From positions 1,824,001-1,888,000 of the forward strand of contig OZ245003.1 of assembly GCA_965223425.1 (NCBI GenBank): DNA of 64,000 bases, in the 5' to 3' direction. The notes below the pieces were generated by a model. That model searched no databases. It saw nothing but the letters and a program-made list of their open reading frames with translations, and was not told the DNA's origin. The position numbers and the translations under genes were made by a program. The DNA is from Nitrosopumilus sp. (GTDB lineage: Archaea > Thermoproteota > Nitrososphaeria > Nitrososphaerales > Nitrosopumilaceae). The first letter of the stretch is position 1. Each line of letters starts with the position of its first letter. Below, piece after piece: positions 10,567-22,149 of the stretch.

Positions 10567-11721
10567 GTGGCAGTAAAAAATATCACAGTTCTGGGTTCAG
10601 GAGTTATGGGCCACGGCATCGCCCAAGTCTCAGCAGCTGCAGGGTACAATGTTGCGCTACGGGACATTGAGCAAGGATTTCTGGATAAAGCTATGGGGAA
10701 GATAAGATGGAGTTTGGATAAGCTAGTCGCCAAGGAAAAAATTTCAAAGGAGGAAGGCGATGCAATTTTTGCACGTATAAGACCAGTAGTGGATCTGAAA
10801 GAGGCTGTAAAAGGCGCCGAACTAGTCATCGAGGTAGTTCCAGAGATAATGGACCTGAAGAAGAAAGTCTATGCCGAACTAGACCGGGCAGCGGCACCAG
10901 AGGTAGTCTTTGCTTCAAATACAAGCACGTTGCCAATTACCGAGATTGCAGAGACGACATCGCGCCCTGACAAGTTCATAGGAATCCACTTTTTCAACCC
11001 GCCACAACTGATGGAGTTAGTAGAGATAATTCCGGGCAAAAAGACAGCACAAAAAATAACTGACCTGACCCAAGAATACGTAAAGTCAGTAAACAAGCAA
11101 GCAGTGCTGTGTAGAAAAGACGTTCCGGGATTCATAATTAACCGGCTGTTCATTCCGATGGTTCATGAGGCATGCTATGTAAAAGACAGGACAGGGGCAT
11201 CGCTAGAAGAGATTGATTCTGCTGTCAAGTTCAAGATGGGGTTTCCGATGGGCATCTTCGAGTTGGCAGACTTTACAGGAATGGATGTGATCCACAAGGC
11301 AACAGTCGAGATGCACATGCGTGACAAAAAAGTAATCAACCCTCACCCGCTAGTTGAGAAAATGTTTGATGAGAAAAAACTGGGGCAAAAATCAGGGGAG
11401 GGATACTACAGGTATTCAGATGACAGGCACGAGCGGGTCGGGCTTTCTGAGGAGTTGGCAGAAAGATGCAGTCCAGTCCAGCTTGTCGCAAACATCCTAA
11501 ACAATGCCGCATGGCTTGTCACAAACGGCGCAAGCGATATCAAGGAGATTGAAAAGGCGGCCAGGTTGGGGCTGGGACTGAAAAAACCGTTGTTTGAAAC
11601 GGCAAAAGAGACGGGCATCAAAAACATCGTTGGCCAACTAGACAGACTTGCCGCAGAACACGGTGAGTTTTACAGGCCTGATCCGTTGCTTGTCTCAATG
11701 CAGCAGGCAGATACCGGATGA
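10567..11721 (+). CDS. 3-hydroxyacyl-CoA dehydrogenase (probably the 3-hydroxybutyryl-CoA dehydrogenase of the 3HP/4HB cycle)
   Basis: GSGVMGHGIA, ASNTSTL, GIHFFNP, GFIINR. Confidence 0.93.
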   Translation: MAVKNITVLGSGVMGHGIAQVSAAAGYNVALRDIEQGFLDKAMGKIRWSLDKLVAKEKISKEEGDAIFARIRPVVDLKEAVKGAELVIEVVPEIMDLKKKVYAELDRAAAPEVVFASNTSTLPITEIAETTSRPDKFIGIHFFNPPQLMELVEIIPGKKTAQKITDLTQEYVKSVNKQAVLCRKDVPGFIINRLFIPMVHEACYVKDRTGASLEEIDSAVKFKMGFPMGIFELADFTGMDVIHKATVEMHMRDKKVINPHPLVEKMFDEKKLGQKSGEGYYRYSDDRHERVGLSEELAERCSPVQLVANILNNAAWLVTNGASDIKEIEKAARLGLGLKKPLFETAKETGIKNIVGQLDRLAAEHGEFYRPDPLLVSMQQADTG

Positions 11722-12001
11722 TGCTGCAAAGAAAAACAGACAGAGACACTAAATTGGAACAGCACATGAAAAGCCAGAACGCCGATTATGGCATTATGAT
11801 CAAGAGTAAATACAAATTTTGTACAGAATAAGCAGGCAAGCAAGCACACGCCTGTTTCAAACAGAGCTGTTCAGATAAAGAACCTGAGGCAATTGTGACA
11901 CATTCAAGCGGAACTATATTTTACAGGGTTGGGTGTTTTTTCCATGCAGGTGTGTATCCCAGCTTTATGGTTTTATTGGAAAATTGCCGTCAATAAACTA
12001 G

Positions 12002-13258
12002 TCATTGATCTACCATAGATATGACATCATCATTTGACGTATACTTGCCTAGCAATACCCAATCTCCATCAACAACACCATGTATCTCATAGTCAGCTTG
12101 TGCCAAGTCCCCTGCCTCATTTAGCGCAGTATTGCCGATGGCACCATTATGGTTTCGTGCAACAGTATGCAGCGTATTTTTGACAGCATCAACATCTGTG
12201 CTTTGTGTCTCAAGCATTGCCAAGCCCACAAGCCATACTGCATCATATGAACCATATGCATAAGTTATTGGCGTGTTGCCCAAAATACCAGTTAATGTGG
12301 ATTTAACACGCTGGTTTATTTCACTATCTGAAGCTGAAACCAGAACAGATGTAAAGTCTGTAGCAGTAGTAAATGATTTTCCTATTTTATCTGAGGTTAT
12401 CGTTTGATCAAGTGCGTTACCATCAGAACCAAACCATTGAACTGTGCCTAGTACATCATGTGAAGCTGCTGACTGCATAAAGAGCAGGCCTTCAGAAAAA
12501 CTGATAAGCATTACTGCAACTTTATCATCGCCATATCGCTGTTTTGCATCGGCAACTTTATCAGCTAACAGTGATGCAGTAGCTGAAAACTCTGGCGACT
12601 CTGGGTTATACCTAACGCCATCATCTACGGTACGGCCAAGTTCTGCAAAGTGCTCTGCAGTAGCTTCTACTAGGCCGTCACCCCAGGTATCTCCCCTATA
12701 CACAGGCACTATAACTTCAATGCCGTATTGATTTGCAAGTTTTGTCAATACGTTTGCCTGGTGTTGATCATTAGTTGTCATACGGAAAACATTATCGCCA
12801 GGTATTGCAAGTGCAGGGGCAGTAGAGCAGCAAGATACTAAAAGTATATTATTAGAATCTGCATATCCTTTCATGTTACGAATATTAGAGCTGGTCTCAG
12901 GTCCAATTACAATATCAATATTTTTGGCGTAAAGTGATGTCAGTTTTTCTAGTGCAACAACTGGACTGGTTGCTGAATCCTCAGATACAAGTTTGAGAGA
13001 CCATGGAGCATTCAGGCTTTCCAGATGCGAGTTAAAATCATCAACTCCAAGTTTTGTTGCAGCCAAGTTATGTCCCCCATGGCTTGCCAAGTCACCAGTT
13101 AGCGGCAGTATGGAGCCAATTTTTATCTCCCCTGTTAATTGTGAAACTTCTGATTCAGGCAAGCCCTCCTCAGGTATTGAGGCAAAATATGATGCCAGGA
13201 CTGCGGCTATGACTGCAACTGATACTATTGCAGATATTGGTAAAAGTCCTAGTTTCAT
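12002..13258 (-). CDS. Branched-chain amino acid ABC substrate-binding protein (LivK-like), orphan
   Basis: N-terminal anchor; IKIGSILPLTG, YAYGSYDAV. Confidence 0.85.
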   Translation of the reverse strand: MKLGLLPISAIVSVAVIAAVLASYFASIPEEGLPESEVSQLTGEIKIGSILPLTGDLASHGGHNLAATKLGVDDFNSHLESLNAPWSLKLVSEDSATSPVVALEKLTSLYAKNIDIVIGPETSSNIRNMKGYADSNNILLVSCCSTAPALAIPGDNVFRMTTNDQHQANVLTKLANQYGIEVIVPVYRGDTWGDGLVEATAEHFAELGRTVDDGVRYNPESPEFSATASLLADKVADAKQRYGDDKVAVMLISFSEGLLFMQSAASHDVLGTVQWFGSDGNALDQTITSDKIGKSFTTATDFTSVLVSASDSEINQRVKSTLTGILGNTPITYAYGSYDAVWLVGLAMLETQSTDVDAVKNTLHTVARNHNGAIGNTALNEAGDLAQADYEIHGVVDGDWVLLGKYTSNDDVISMVDQ

Positions 13259-13676
13259 ACAGCAAGATGCTAAATTGCCTATTAATATTTATTCTTACTG
13301 CGATTCTGTGTAATCCACAGTAGGATATTCTTGGCCATTGATAAAATTAACTTCTAATTGCTCAATGTCTTTTTGGCTACAAACTTGGCACTTGTTTCCT
13401 AATCTCTCAATTAAGGATTTTTTCCAGTTCATAAAAAGTATCTCAAAACAATTGCCTAGAATATTTTTAAACGCGGTATTTATTAATTTAATTTTGCCGT
13501 ACTCGTTTTGAGTTAACAGTCACAGATGAAGACACACTTGTTCATATATTTACTAGGAGTATTATTGCAGAGCAAACACCAATCAGCGCAAACATATATT
13601 TTCTATATTTGGGATTACTTGTTTGCATCATATTATTTTACAACCATCGTACTAGAATTTTTTTATAATTTGCCAT

Positions 13677-14198
13677 CTACCTTAACACCTCATTTGTAAT
13701 TTTTGCTTTTTTTCCCAGTATAAGATTTCGAATCTTTATCATTTTTCTTGCCAGCATAAAACCAGCGCCAGACATGGTGCTGCCAATAATTACATGCAAT
13801 ATTCCAGAATCCTGCTGCGGTGCAACCGTCATCACATATACAAATCCCGAAACCATCAACAAAATACCAAATGCCGCAAAGATTGCCATCATGATAGGAA
13901 CTCTAGGAGGTACGGGTGGCAATTCATCAGAAACAGGGTTTTCAATAAAACCAGCGTCTTTGCAAATACTGCAACAGCGTTTTTGTTTTTTGTTATGCCA
14001 TACGGATTCTAGAAAATAAAATTCTTGGCTACACGAGTCACACGTTCTTTTTGGAGTGGTGACTTTTCCATGATCATCAAAGTCTTGACCAATTTTTTTC
14101 ATACAGCCTTTGCAAAAGTATCCACGCACACGCCACTGTTTTTGAAAATTGTATTTTTTCCATCCAAGCGTTGCATTGCAGCCAGTGCATGATGTCAT
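13677..14198 (-). CDS. Zn-ribbon membrane protein coupled to the urea transporter
   Basis: Four CxxC pairs and two TM helices; ATGA overlap. Confidence 0.75.
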   Translation of the reverse strand: MTSCTGCNATLGWKKYNFQKQWRVRGYFCKGCMKKIGQDFDDHGKVTTPKRTCDSCSQEFYFLESVWHNKKQKRCCSICKDAGFIENPVSDELPPVPPRVPIMMAIFAAFGILLMVSGFVYVMTVAPQQDSGILHVIIGSTMSGAGFMLARKMIKIRNLILGKKAKITNEVLR

Positions 14199-16195
14199 TT
14201 TTTATCTCCTCCTGAAGATTCGGTAACTGATTTTTTACCAGTAATGACTTGGGCAATGCCTTTTCTTGCCTCAATAATCGGCAAAAATATGATAAAGAAC
14301 GATGCCGTACTTACCCAAACTACTGATATTCCAACCCAAACGCTGTATACCATAACATCAAAGACCAATCCGGATGCTATCAAAGGCATTGGCCAGGCAA
14401 TAATTAGCACCAAGGTCATAATGCCGCCTCCCTTGAGGCTAAACCTGAATGCTTTCTTTAGAGTTTCCTCATCTTCTGAGACTACTGCAGCTTCGGCCTC
14501 AGTTAATTCCACCAGAGTAATTTTTTCTTTAAGATCATTCCAGTCAAATGTAGTTTTGGCTGCAAGGCTTCCAATAACTGTAATTGCACCACCAGTTACA
14601 ATTCCTGCAATGTTTCCAAATAACATGGAATAGTTGTGACCAAGGCTTGCAAGACTGACTTCACCACCAAAGTCTGGCAATGTTGCAGCAACAGATATCC
14701 AAGTAGTGACGGCAACAAACAAACCAATGATTGCCCCTAAGGTGGCAGCAATTCTGTTTGTTCTCTTCCACAATATGGTCAAGGCAATTGGAATCACTGC
14801 AGAACCAATCAAGATACCCATTGCCAAGTAAACAAAGCCCAAACTAAGCCCCATTGATAATAACAAAACAGCTAAACCTCCCATACCAAGGCCAAAGCCC
14901 ACAATTGTAGCCCTTGAAACTTTGACTAGTTGCTTGCCTGTGGCATTCGGGTTCTTGTACGTCCTGTAAATATCATAAGTAATAAGCGATGACACCGCTA
15001 TAAGCTCTGCAGAACCTGCAGATGTTACTGCCATGAATAACATTGTAAGTACCATAATGGCACCAACCTCGCCCATTAAAGCAGACGCAGCAGCTGGAAC
15101 CACTAAACCTAGTTGAACCTGTTCCGGAGTCAGATCAACATCCAGCGCCACTGCAGTCAGCCCCATCGTAGTTGCCAATGTAAAGGGAATTGCAAACCAG
15201 CATGCACCGCCAAGCAAGAATCCCTTAACAGTGGAAGATGGTTTTGCAGCAATGGCCCTCTGCCAATATGCTTGATCAACAAAGACAGTTCCAAAGTTTC
15301 CAACTATATTGATAATGCCAAACATCAAGCCTCCAATTGATGCCATGGTAAGAAACGCACCTGCTGCATTTCCTTCAACAGGGTTCAGTTTGGCAGCTTC
15401 AACTAATTTATTGTACATGCCTTCCACACCTCCCGTAATGTCGCTATTGATGTAAACTGCGGCAACGAAAGTCAGGATTACGACAAATATGATTATAGTA
15501 TGCATATAGTCTGCAACAAAAGTAGCCTTGAGCCCGCCTACTAACGTGTAAATCATCACACCGATTGGAATCAAAAAGGCAGCCAGCGAGATATCCATCC
15601 CCGTGAGGCCGTTGACAACTGCAGAACCCCCAAGAAGAAGCATTGCAGTTACAATCATGTTAGTCATTAATGCAAAAACAAGGAAAACTTTGTGAGAGCC
15701 GTTACCATATCGTGCACGAATAATCTCTAAGAATGTGTGTGCATTAGGAGCCTTACGTTTTAATTCAATTGCCAAAATTCCAAACAATAGAACCTGAATT
15801 GATGCACCTGCTGCATACCAAAACGGACCGCTAATACCATATTGATATGCCACAGTTGAGGATTGTAGTAATGTTGCAGCCCATGTCCAAGCAGAGACAA
15901 TTGCTGCGGCAGTTAGGCCAGTCTTGATGGTTCTGCCTGCAGTGTTAAACATTTCAGAAGTTTGGTTTACTCCAAGATACTTTTCTTCAATTTTTACTTC
16001 AAGGGAGATAATTACAGCAAAAACGCTACCCAGGCCAACAACAATTGCCCAACCGATCCATTCTGGCAATGCCTCGCCGATTGCAAATCCCTCTGAGATT
16101 TCTCCAGCACCGTAAACGGTTTGTGGCAAACTGACCAAAACAATAGCAACCAACACAAAGATGGGCAAAAATTTCGGGGATTTGGACAGCGTCAC
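14195..16195 (-). CDS. dur3: DUR3-type sodium:solute symporter (urea transporter)
   Basis: SAWTWAATLLQSS, GNFGTVFVDQAYWQRAIAA; downstream of ureC. Confidence 0.92.
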   Translation of the reverse strand: MTLSKSPKFLPIFVLVAIVLVSLPQTVYGAGEISEGFAIGEALPEWIGWAIVVGLGSVFAVIISLEVKIEEKYLGVNQTSEMFNTAGRTIKTGLTAAAIVSAWTWAATLLQSSTVAYQYGISGPFWYAAGASIQVLLFGILAIELKRKAPNAHTFLEIIRARYGNGSHKVFLVFALMTNMIVTAMLLLGGSAVVNGLTGMDISLAAFLIPIGVMIYTLVGGLKATFVADYMHTIIIFVVILTFVAAVYINSDITGGVEGMYNKLVEAAKLNPVEGNAAGAFLTMASIGGLMFGIINIVGNFGTVFVDQAYWQRAIAAKPSSTVKGFLLGGACWFAIPFTLATTMGLTAVALDVDLTPEQVQLGLVVPAAASALMGEVGAIMVLTMLFMAVTSAGSAELIAVSSLITYDIYRTYKNPNATGKQLVKVSRATIVGFGLGMGGLAVLLLSMGLSLGFVYLAMGILIGSAVIPIALTILWKRTNRIAATLGAIIGLFVAVTTWISVAATLPDFGGEVSLASLGHNYSMLFGNIAGIVTGGAITVIGSLAAKTTFDWNDLKEKITLVELTEAEAAVVSEDEETLKKAFRFSLKGGGIMTLVLIIAWPMPLIASGLVFDVMVYSVWVGISVVWVSTASFFIIFLPIIEARKGIAQVITGKKSVTESSGGDKK

Positions 16196-16296
16196 GGAGT
16201 TACTTGTTACTGGGTTTACTTAGCAATTCAAAAAACAATTTTCTTTAAATACAAAATTTCTATCTGAAAAAAATTCTTGTCGACGTCGGCAAAAAA

Positions 16297-18012
16297 TCAG
16301 TATAAACTGTATAGTCGGGACAAAGAGACTTTGTCAGACGGGTTCACAGTTGCAAGTTTTCCATCAACTGTTACTTCATACGTCTCTGGGTTGATCTCAA
16401 TTTTTGGTGTAAGGTCATTGTATATCATGTCTTTTTTGCCAATATTACGACAGTTTTTGACAGGGACCAGCCTCTTTTTGACATCATTTAGTTTTGATGC
16501 TAATCCTTTGTCTAATGCTAGTTTTGATGTAAAAGTAACCGAAGTCGAATGCTTTGCTCCACCCAATGCGCCAAACATTGGTCGATAGTAGATGGGTTCT
16601 GTTGTAGGAATGGATGCATTAGGATCACCCATTAGTGAATACGCAATGAATCCTCCCTTTACAATCAATTTTGGTTTGATTCCAAAAAATTGAGGAGTCC
16701 AAACTACAATATCGGCCAGTTTTCCAGGCTCAAGTGAGCCGACATGGTCAGAAATTCCATGAGTTATTGCAGGATTAATTGTAATTTTTGCCAGATATCG
16801 TTTTACTCGTAGATTGTCATTTTCTCCTGTTTCATCTGGAAGGCTGCCTGTCATCTTTTTCATCTTGTCTGCAGTCTGCCAGTTTCTAGTAGTCACCTCA
16901 CCGACCCGTCCCATTGCTTGGCTATCAGAAGACATCATGCTCAAAACCCCCATATCGTGCAATACGTCTTCGGCTGCAATTGTTTCTCCCCGAATTCTAG
17001 ATTCGGCAAAGGACACATCTTCTGGAACTGATGGGTTTAGGTGATGACAAACCATCATCATATCAAGATGCTCAGAAAGAGTGTTTACCGTAAATGGTCT
17101 TGTCGGATTAGTAGATGACGGTAAAATATTTTGTTCACTTGCGATTTTCATTATATCAGGCGCATGGCCACCGCCTGCTCCTTCTGTGTGATAAGTATGG
17201 ATTGTCCTTCCAGCAATTGCTTTAATTGTGTCATCTACAAAACCACATTCATTTAGTGTATCAGTATGAATTGCAACCTGCGTGTCAGTTTTGTCTGCAA
17301 CGCGTAGTGCGGAATCTATTGTTGCAGGGGTAGAACCCCAATCCTCATGTAGTTTTAGACCACAAGCGCCTGCTTCGATTTGTTCAAGTAATGCGGCTTC
17401 TTGTGAATCACTTCCTTTGCACAAAAAACCAAAATTTAATGGAAACTCTTCTACTGCTTCAATCATTCTATGAATATTCCAAGCACCGGGAGTGCATGTT
17501 GTTGCATTTGTTCCATCTGCAGGCCCAGTACCGCCACCAATCATTGTTGTTGTGCCACTACAAATTGCATCAAGGGTTTGTTGAGGCGAAATAAAATGAA
17601 CATGGGAATCAACTGTGCCAGGAGTGCAGATAGTATGTTCTCCTGCAATCACTTCAGTGTTTGAAGATATAACCATGTCAACATCATCCATTACATTTGG
17701 ATTTCCTGCGTTTCCAATTCCTGCAATCAGACCGTCTTTGATTCCAATGTCTCCTTTTAGGATTCCAAGTTTAGGATCTAAAACTATCGCATTAGTAATT
17801 ACAAGATCAAGGGAATTATCTCGTGTGACGCCACTTGCCTGACCCATGCCATCCCTAGCACTTTTTCCTCCACCAAAAACAACTTCGTCACCGTATTTGA
17901 TCAAGTCTTTTTCAATTTCGATAAGCAGATCAGTATCGGCCAACCTAACTTTATCTCCAACGGTAGGGCCAAAAAGATCCACGTATGTTTGTCGTGGAAT
18001 CTCCAGAGTCAT
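16297..18012 (-). CDS. ureC: Urease alpha subunit
   Basis: [38 protein letters not shown]. Confidence 0.98.
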   Translation of the reverse strand: MTLEIPRQTYVDLFGPTVGDKVRLADTDLLIEIEKDLIKYGDEVVFGGGKSARDGMGQASGVTRDNSLDLVITNAIVLDPKLGILKGDIGIKDGLIAGIGNAGNPNVMDDVDMVISSNTEVIAGEHTICTPGTVDSHVHFISPQQTLDAICSGTTTMIGGGTGPADGTNATTCTPGAWNIHRMIEAVEEFPLNFGFLCKGSDSQEAALLEQIEAGACGLKLHEDWGSTPATIDSALRVADKTDTQVAIHTDTLNECGFVDDTIKAIAGRTIHTYHTEGAGGGHAPDIMKIASEQNILPSSTNPTRPFTVNTLSEHLDMMMVCHHLNPSVPEDVSFAESRIRGETIAAEDVLHDMGVLSMMSSDSQAMGRVGEVTTRNWQTADKMKKMTGSLPDETGENDNLRVKRYLAKITINPAITHGISDHVGSLEPGKLADIVVWTPQFFGIKPKLIVKGGFIAYSLMGDPNASIPTTEPIYYRPMFGALGGAKHSTSVTFTSKLALDKGLASKLNDVKKRLVPVKNCRNIGKKDMIYNDLTPKIEINPETYEVTVDGKLATVNPSDKVSLSRLYSLY

Positions 18013-18377
18013 AAAGAGATCTCCTTGAATCCTTGTTCTTTGGCTTTTTGTAGTGCCTCAGGTTTTTTTTCATCTAATGGGCCGTTGACTAGCCCACTAA
18101 ATCCAAATACAACCTTTTTACCGCCATACTCTACAAGTTCCACACTTCTAGAATCGCCTGGTTCAAATCTTACTGAAGTTCCGGCAGGGATGTTAAGATG
18201 AAAACCGTAGGATTGTTCTCTAGGAAGCGAAAGTGCTTTGTTTACCTCAAAGAAGTGGGCATGCGAGCCAACTTGAACAGGCCTATCCCCAGTGTTAGCT
18301 ACTTGTATTGTTATTGTCTGTTTGTCTGAATTTGCAATGATTTTTTCATCTGAAATAATGTATTCTCCGGGTTTCAT
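18009..18377 (-). CDS. ureB: Urease beta subunit
   Basis: [19 protein letters not shown]. Confidence 0.98.
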   Translation of the reverse strand: MKPGEYIISDEKIIANSDKQTITIQVANTGDRPVQVGSHAHFFEVNKALSLPREQSYGFHLNIPAGTSVRFEPGDSRSVELVEYGGKKVVFGFSGLVNGPLDEKKPEALQKAKEQGFKEISL

Positions 18378-18381
18378 GTTT

Positions 18382-18684
18382 TCACACTATTGGGTCATGG
18401 ACAGTAACTAGCTTAGTTCCATCTTCAAAAGTAGCTTCAACTTGTATTGAATGAATCAAGTCTGGAACCTCAGGCAGAACGTCTTCTTTAGATAAAACTT
18501 TTCTTCCAGAACTCATCAATTCTGGAACAGATTTTCCATCTCGAGCACCTTCTAAAATATGATCAGTGATTAATGCAATAGATTCTGGGTGGTTTAGTTT
18601 TAGTCCTCTCCCCTTTCGTCTTTGTGCAAGTTGAGCGGCCAAAAAGATATGTAGTTTATCCATCTCTCTTGGAGTAAGCATCAT
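18382..18684 (-). CDS. ureA: Urease gamma subunit
   Basis: [27 protein letters not shown]. Confidence 0.98.
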   Translation of the reverse strand: MMLTPREMDKLHIFLAAQLAQRRKGRGLKLNHPESIALITDHILEGARDGKSVPELMSSGRKVLSKEDVLPEVPDLIHSIQVEATFEDGTKLVTVHDPIV

Positions 18685-18766
18685 GATTTTGATACTTGAT
18701 TAATGTATTTAATAATTAAAAAAGAGTTGCAAGAAACTATAATTTTGATGAACTTGTGAGATCGTT

Positions 18767-19267
18767 GTGTTAAAGATCACCTCAATTGCCGGAAATATTT
18801 TTCATGATGAGAGATTTGATTCATTAAGAGGAAGTGGGGATTTTGAACGCCTTAAAATATCAAGGATGGAACTTGAAAAAAATAGAATCAGAAGAGAGAC
18901 AGATCTAGGCACGGATGTAGGCTTGCTTTTAGAAGCTGGAATTACACTACACAATGGAGACGTACTTGGCAGCAGCAATAGTGGAAAATTCATTGTTGTT
19001 GAGCAGATACCAGAGAAAGTAATCTCAGTCAGATTAAAAAATAAGACAAAATCAGCAGATCTCCTGGTTCTGCTAGGCCACATCATAGGAAACCGACACA
19101 GACCTATATCTATTGAAGATGACATCATATTCTTTCCAATTCAAGCAGAGTCAGAATTGGAGGTTTTTCAGAAACTATTTGTAGAAATTATTGAGGATGT
19201 TGAATTGTCAACAGAGGAGAAAATTTTTAGGCCACATACAGGAGCTGATGTTCATGGTCATAGATGA
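18767..19267 (+). CDS. ureE: Urease accessory protein UreE
   Basis: LGHIIGNRH; C-terminal HGH. Confidence 0.92.
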   Translation: MLKITSIAGNIFHDERFDSLRGSGDFERLKISRMELEKNRIRRETDLGTDVGLLLEAGITLHNGDVLGSSNSGKFIVVEQIPEKVISVRLKNKTKSADLLVLLGHIIGNRHRPISIEDDIIFFPIQAESELEVFQKLFVEIIEDVELSTEEKIFRPHTGADVHGHR

Positions 19268-19976
19268 TGATGATGATGATTATGATGATATTGCCGAAGA
19301 TCTACACGTAATGCAGCTTTCAGATTCATTTTTTCCCACAGGGCTGTTTGCAACATCAAATGGTCTTGAGACGTTATTTTTTGATAAAAAAATAACCACA
19401 GCGTTAGAATTATTGGAATTTAACAAAATAACAGTAGAACAGCAATTAGGCCCCAGTGATTGTGTGATATTAGCAAATGCATATGATTATGCAAGCACGT
19501 CAGATTATGAAAAAATCAAAGAACTAGATGCAATTTGTTGCGCAATGAAAACAATCAAAGAAATTCGTGAGGCATCAGTAAGATCTGGCAATCAGCTAGT
19601 GAGATGTGTCAAAGAGTTTCTAAGTAATGATAAAACTTTGAATTGCTACAACGATTTACTACAAAGTGGAAAAATAAGTGGGGTTTATCCAATTTCTTTT
19701 GCAGTGTGTTGCAAGTCCATGAAAATTAGTAAGGAAAAAGCACTGATGATGTTCCTTTATGGGTTTGTTGCCAGTACTGTTGGCGCTTCTTTGCGTTTGG
19801 GGATGATTCAACATTTTGAGGGACAAAGAGTTATTCATCAATTAAAACCATTGATAACAAAAGTTGTTAGTGAAAATTTTAACAAACCAGTCTCAGAGAT
19901 TTGGCAGTTCCTGCCTCAAGTTGAAATTTTTCAGATGCAGCACGAAAAGATGGACTCTAAAATGTTTATTACGTGA
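19254..19976 (+). CDS. ureF: Urease accessory protein UreF with N-terminal Asp tract
   Basis: QLSDSFFPTG; C-terminal HEKMDSKMFIT. Confidence 0.93.
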   Translation: MVIDDDDDDYDDIAEDLHVMQLSDSFFPTGLFATSNGLETLFFDKKITTALELLEFNKITVEQQLGPSDCVILANAYDYASTSDYEKIKELDAICCAMKTIKEIREASVRSGNQLVRCVKEFLSNDKTLNCYNDLLQSGKISGVYPISFAVCCKSMKISKEKALMMFLYGFVASTVGASLRLGMIQHFEGQRVIHQLKPLITKVVSENFNKPVSEIWQFLPQVEIFQMQHEKMDSKMFIT

Positions 19977-19993
19977 AATGGAGGTTTGTGTAA

Positions 19994-20740
19994 ATGACTA
20001 GAATTCCAAGAATTGGCATAGGTGGCCCGGTAGGCTCTGGAAAAAGTATGTTGATCGAACGGGTTGTTCCAGTTTTAGCAAAAAAAGGATACAGCGTAAG
20101 CATAATTTCAAACGACGTGATTTCAAAAGAAGATGCAGATAGAATGAGAACGAATTTGGCTACAAAGCGTGGACTGTTACCAGAAAATCTTGTGATTGGC
20201 CTTGCCACAGGCGGATGTCCCCACACTGCAGTAAGAGAAGATCCCTCAATGAACATATCAGTAATAGAGGAGATGGAAGAAAAACACAATGAACTAGATC
20301 TGATAATCATTGAAAGCGGGGGAGATAACATCACAACTACGTTTAGTCCATTATTAGCAGATTACTTTATTTACATTATTGATGTGGCAGGGGGAGACAA
20401 GTATCCCAGAAAAGGGGGTTTAGGAATAGAAAGCTGTGATCTTTTGATAATCAATAAAATCGACTTGGCGCCGCAGGTAGGGGCGAATTTAGACATCATG
20501 AAAAAGGATGCAGAGAGGATCAGAAAAGACAAGCCATTTTTGTTCATAAACTGTAAGACTGATGAAGGAATTGAAAAAGTAGCAGGGCACATTATTCACG
20601 ACATACTTTTTGATTCACGGCCAAAGTCATCGTCATCGTCATCATCGTCATCATCGTCATCATCGTCATCATCGTCATCATCGTCATCATCATCGTCGTC
20701 GTCGTCGTATCCCAAATCATTCCAAAATGTTAAAAGATGA
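19994..20740 (+). CDS. ureG: Urease accessory GTPase UreG with Ser27 tail
   Basis: [24 protein letters not shown]. Confidence 0.97.
   Translation: MTRIPRIGIGGPVGSGKSMLIERVVPVLAKKGYSVSIISNDVISKEDADRMRTNLATKRGLLPENLVIGLATGGCPHTAVREDPSMNISVIEEMEEKHNELDLIIIESGGDNITTTFSPLLADYFIYIIDVAGGDKYPRKGGLGIESCDLLIINKIDLAPQVGANLDIMKKDAERIRKDKPFLFINCKTDEGIEKVAGHIIHDILFDSRPKSSSSSSSSSSSSSSSSSSSSSSSSSSSYPKSFQNVKR
20627..20707 (+). repeat. (TCR)27 trinucleotide tract
   Basis: TCA/TCG codons counted directly. Confidence 0.95.
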
Positions 20741-21663
20741 ACGATTTAGAATTCTATACACCATCTGACATTCCATCACAGTTCAAAGTGTTTGATTCAG
20801 AAGTAAAGCAACTTGGAGTAGGCAAATCAGGAAAAAATGGTTTACTGCAAATAACACTACAAAAAGATGGTGATTCTAACAAAACTATTGTTGGGGAATT
20901 GTATTCAGAGATTCCACTTTACGCTCAAAAAATACTACATTGTGATGACAAGTCCAAGTTAGGACATATCTACATTGTTTCAGCTTCGGGCGGGATTCTT
21001 CAAGGGGACAGATATAGGATAGACATCAAAATGAAAAAAGACGCACAGGCACATGTAACGACTCAAGGCGCAACAAGAATTTACAGCATGAATTCAAACA
21101 AAGCAACTCAAATGATAAACGTCACGTTAGAAGAGAATGCGTACCTAGAATTCATACCAGATCAGATTATTCCTTATGAAAATTCGAGATTCTATCAGAG
21201 ATTAGAACTTGATGTGCATAGTGATGCTACAATGATTTATTCTGAGATAATTACCCCTGGCAGAATTGCAATGGGGGAATCATTTGCATATGATGTTTGC
21301 TACCTAAAAACAAAAGCAGTAAATCAACACGGGGATTTTAGAATAGTGGACATTACAAACATTGAGCCAAAAAAACAAAAGATATCCTCTTTTGGGATGT
21401 TAGAAAAATACCTTGTTGTAGGATCAGTGTACATTCTAACAAAAGATCAGTATGTTTTAGAGTTACATGATAAAATTAACTCAATCCTATCAAAGGATAA
21501 AAAGACTTTTGGCGGAGTGAGCATTATGAAGGACGATTCAGGATTACTGGTACGAATCCTTGGAAATGAAACTGAACCTATCAAAGACATTATTTTTAGC
21601 ATAGTTGCAGTTTTGAGAGAAAAAGTTATCAATGTACCATTTTCTGGAATTAGAAAATCATAG
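20737..21663 (+). CDS. ureD: Urease accessory protein UreD/UreH
   Basis: [24 protein letters not shown]. Confidence 0.93.
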   Translation: MNDLEFYTPSDIPSQFKVFDSEVKQLGVGKSGKNGLLQITLQKDGDSNKTIVGELYSEIPLYAQKILHCDDKSKLGHIYIVSASGGILQGDRYRIDIKMKKDAQAHVTTQGATRIYSMNSNKATQMINVTLEENAYLEFIPDQIIPYENSRFYQRLELDVHSDATMIYSEIITPGRIAMGESFAYDVCYLKTKAVNQHGDFRIVDITNIEPKKQKISSFGMLEKYLVVGSVYILTKDQYVLELHDKINSILSKDKKTFGGVSIMKDDSGLLVRILGNETEPIKDIIFSIVAVLREKVINVPFSGIRKS

Positions 21664-21774
21664 CTAGCTGAAATAAATCAATTCAAGATTATAGGCCCAC
21701 CAACAATCAATTGGTGCAATAAAACATTTTTTAGAAGATTAAGACCTATTTTATTACCTGAAAAATAATTACTG

Positions 21775-22149
21775 TTGATTTGGATAAAATATAACATAAA
21801 ATTAGTTGATGGGGAAAAATCATCCATTCTTAAATTTGACAGGTTTCATGAAAAGGATTTGGAGCTGTTGTTTCAGATTGCCAAGATTAGAATAGAACAG
21901 AAGACAGAAATCAACTTGGAACAAATGGCAGTGTATTGTAGTTATCATTTAGTAAGATTACTACGCATAAAGACAAATGAAAATATGCAAAAAGGATTGC
22001 TGTTAAAAACTCTCAAAGACATAGGATTGTTTTGCAAAGAATTCAACAACATAGAACAAATTAATTTTGACTTGATAGTAGACGCACTGCCAAAAAAGAC
22101 GTTTAACATACTACTTCCGCCTAAAATTATTTTATCTCCATCAGTTTAG
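21775..22149 (+). CDS. Hypothetical protein
   Basis: 124-aa ORF with host-like composition. Confidence 0.5.
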   Translation: MIWIKYNIKLVDGEKSSILKFDRFHEKDLELLFQIAKIRIEQKTEINLEQMAVYCSYHLVRLLRIKTNENMQKGLLLKTLKDIGLFCKEFNNIEQINFDLIVDALPKKTFNILLPPKIILSPSV

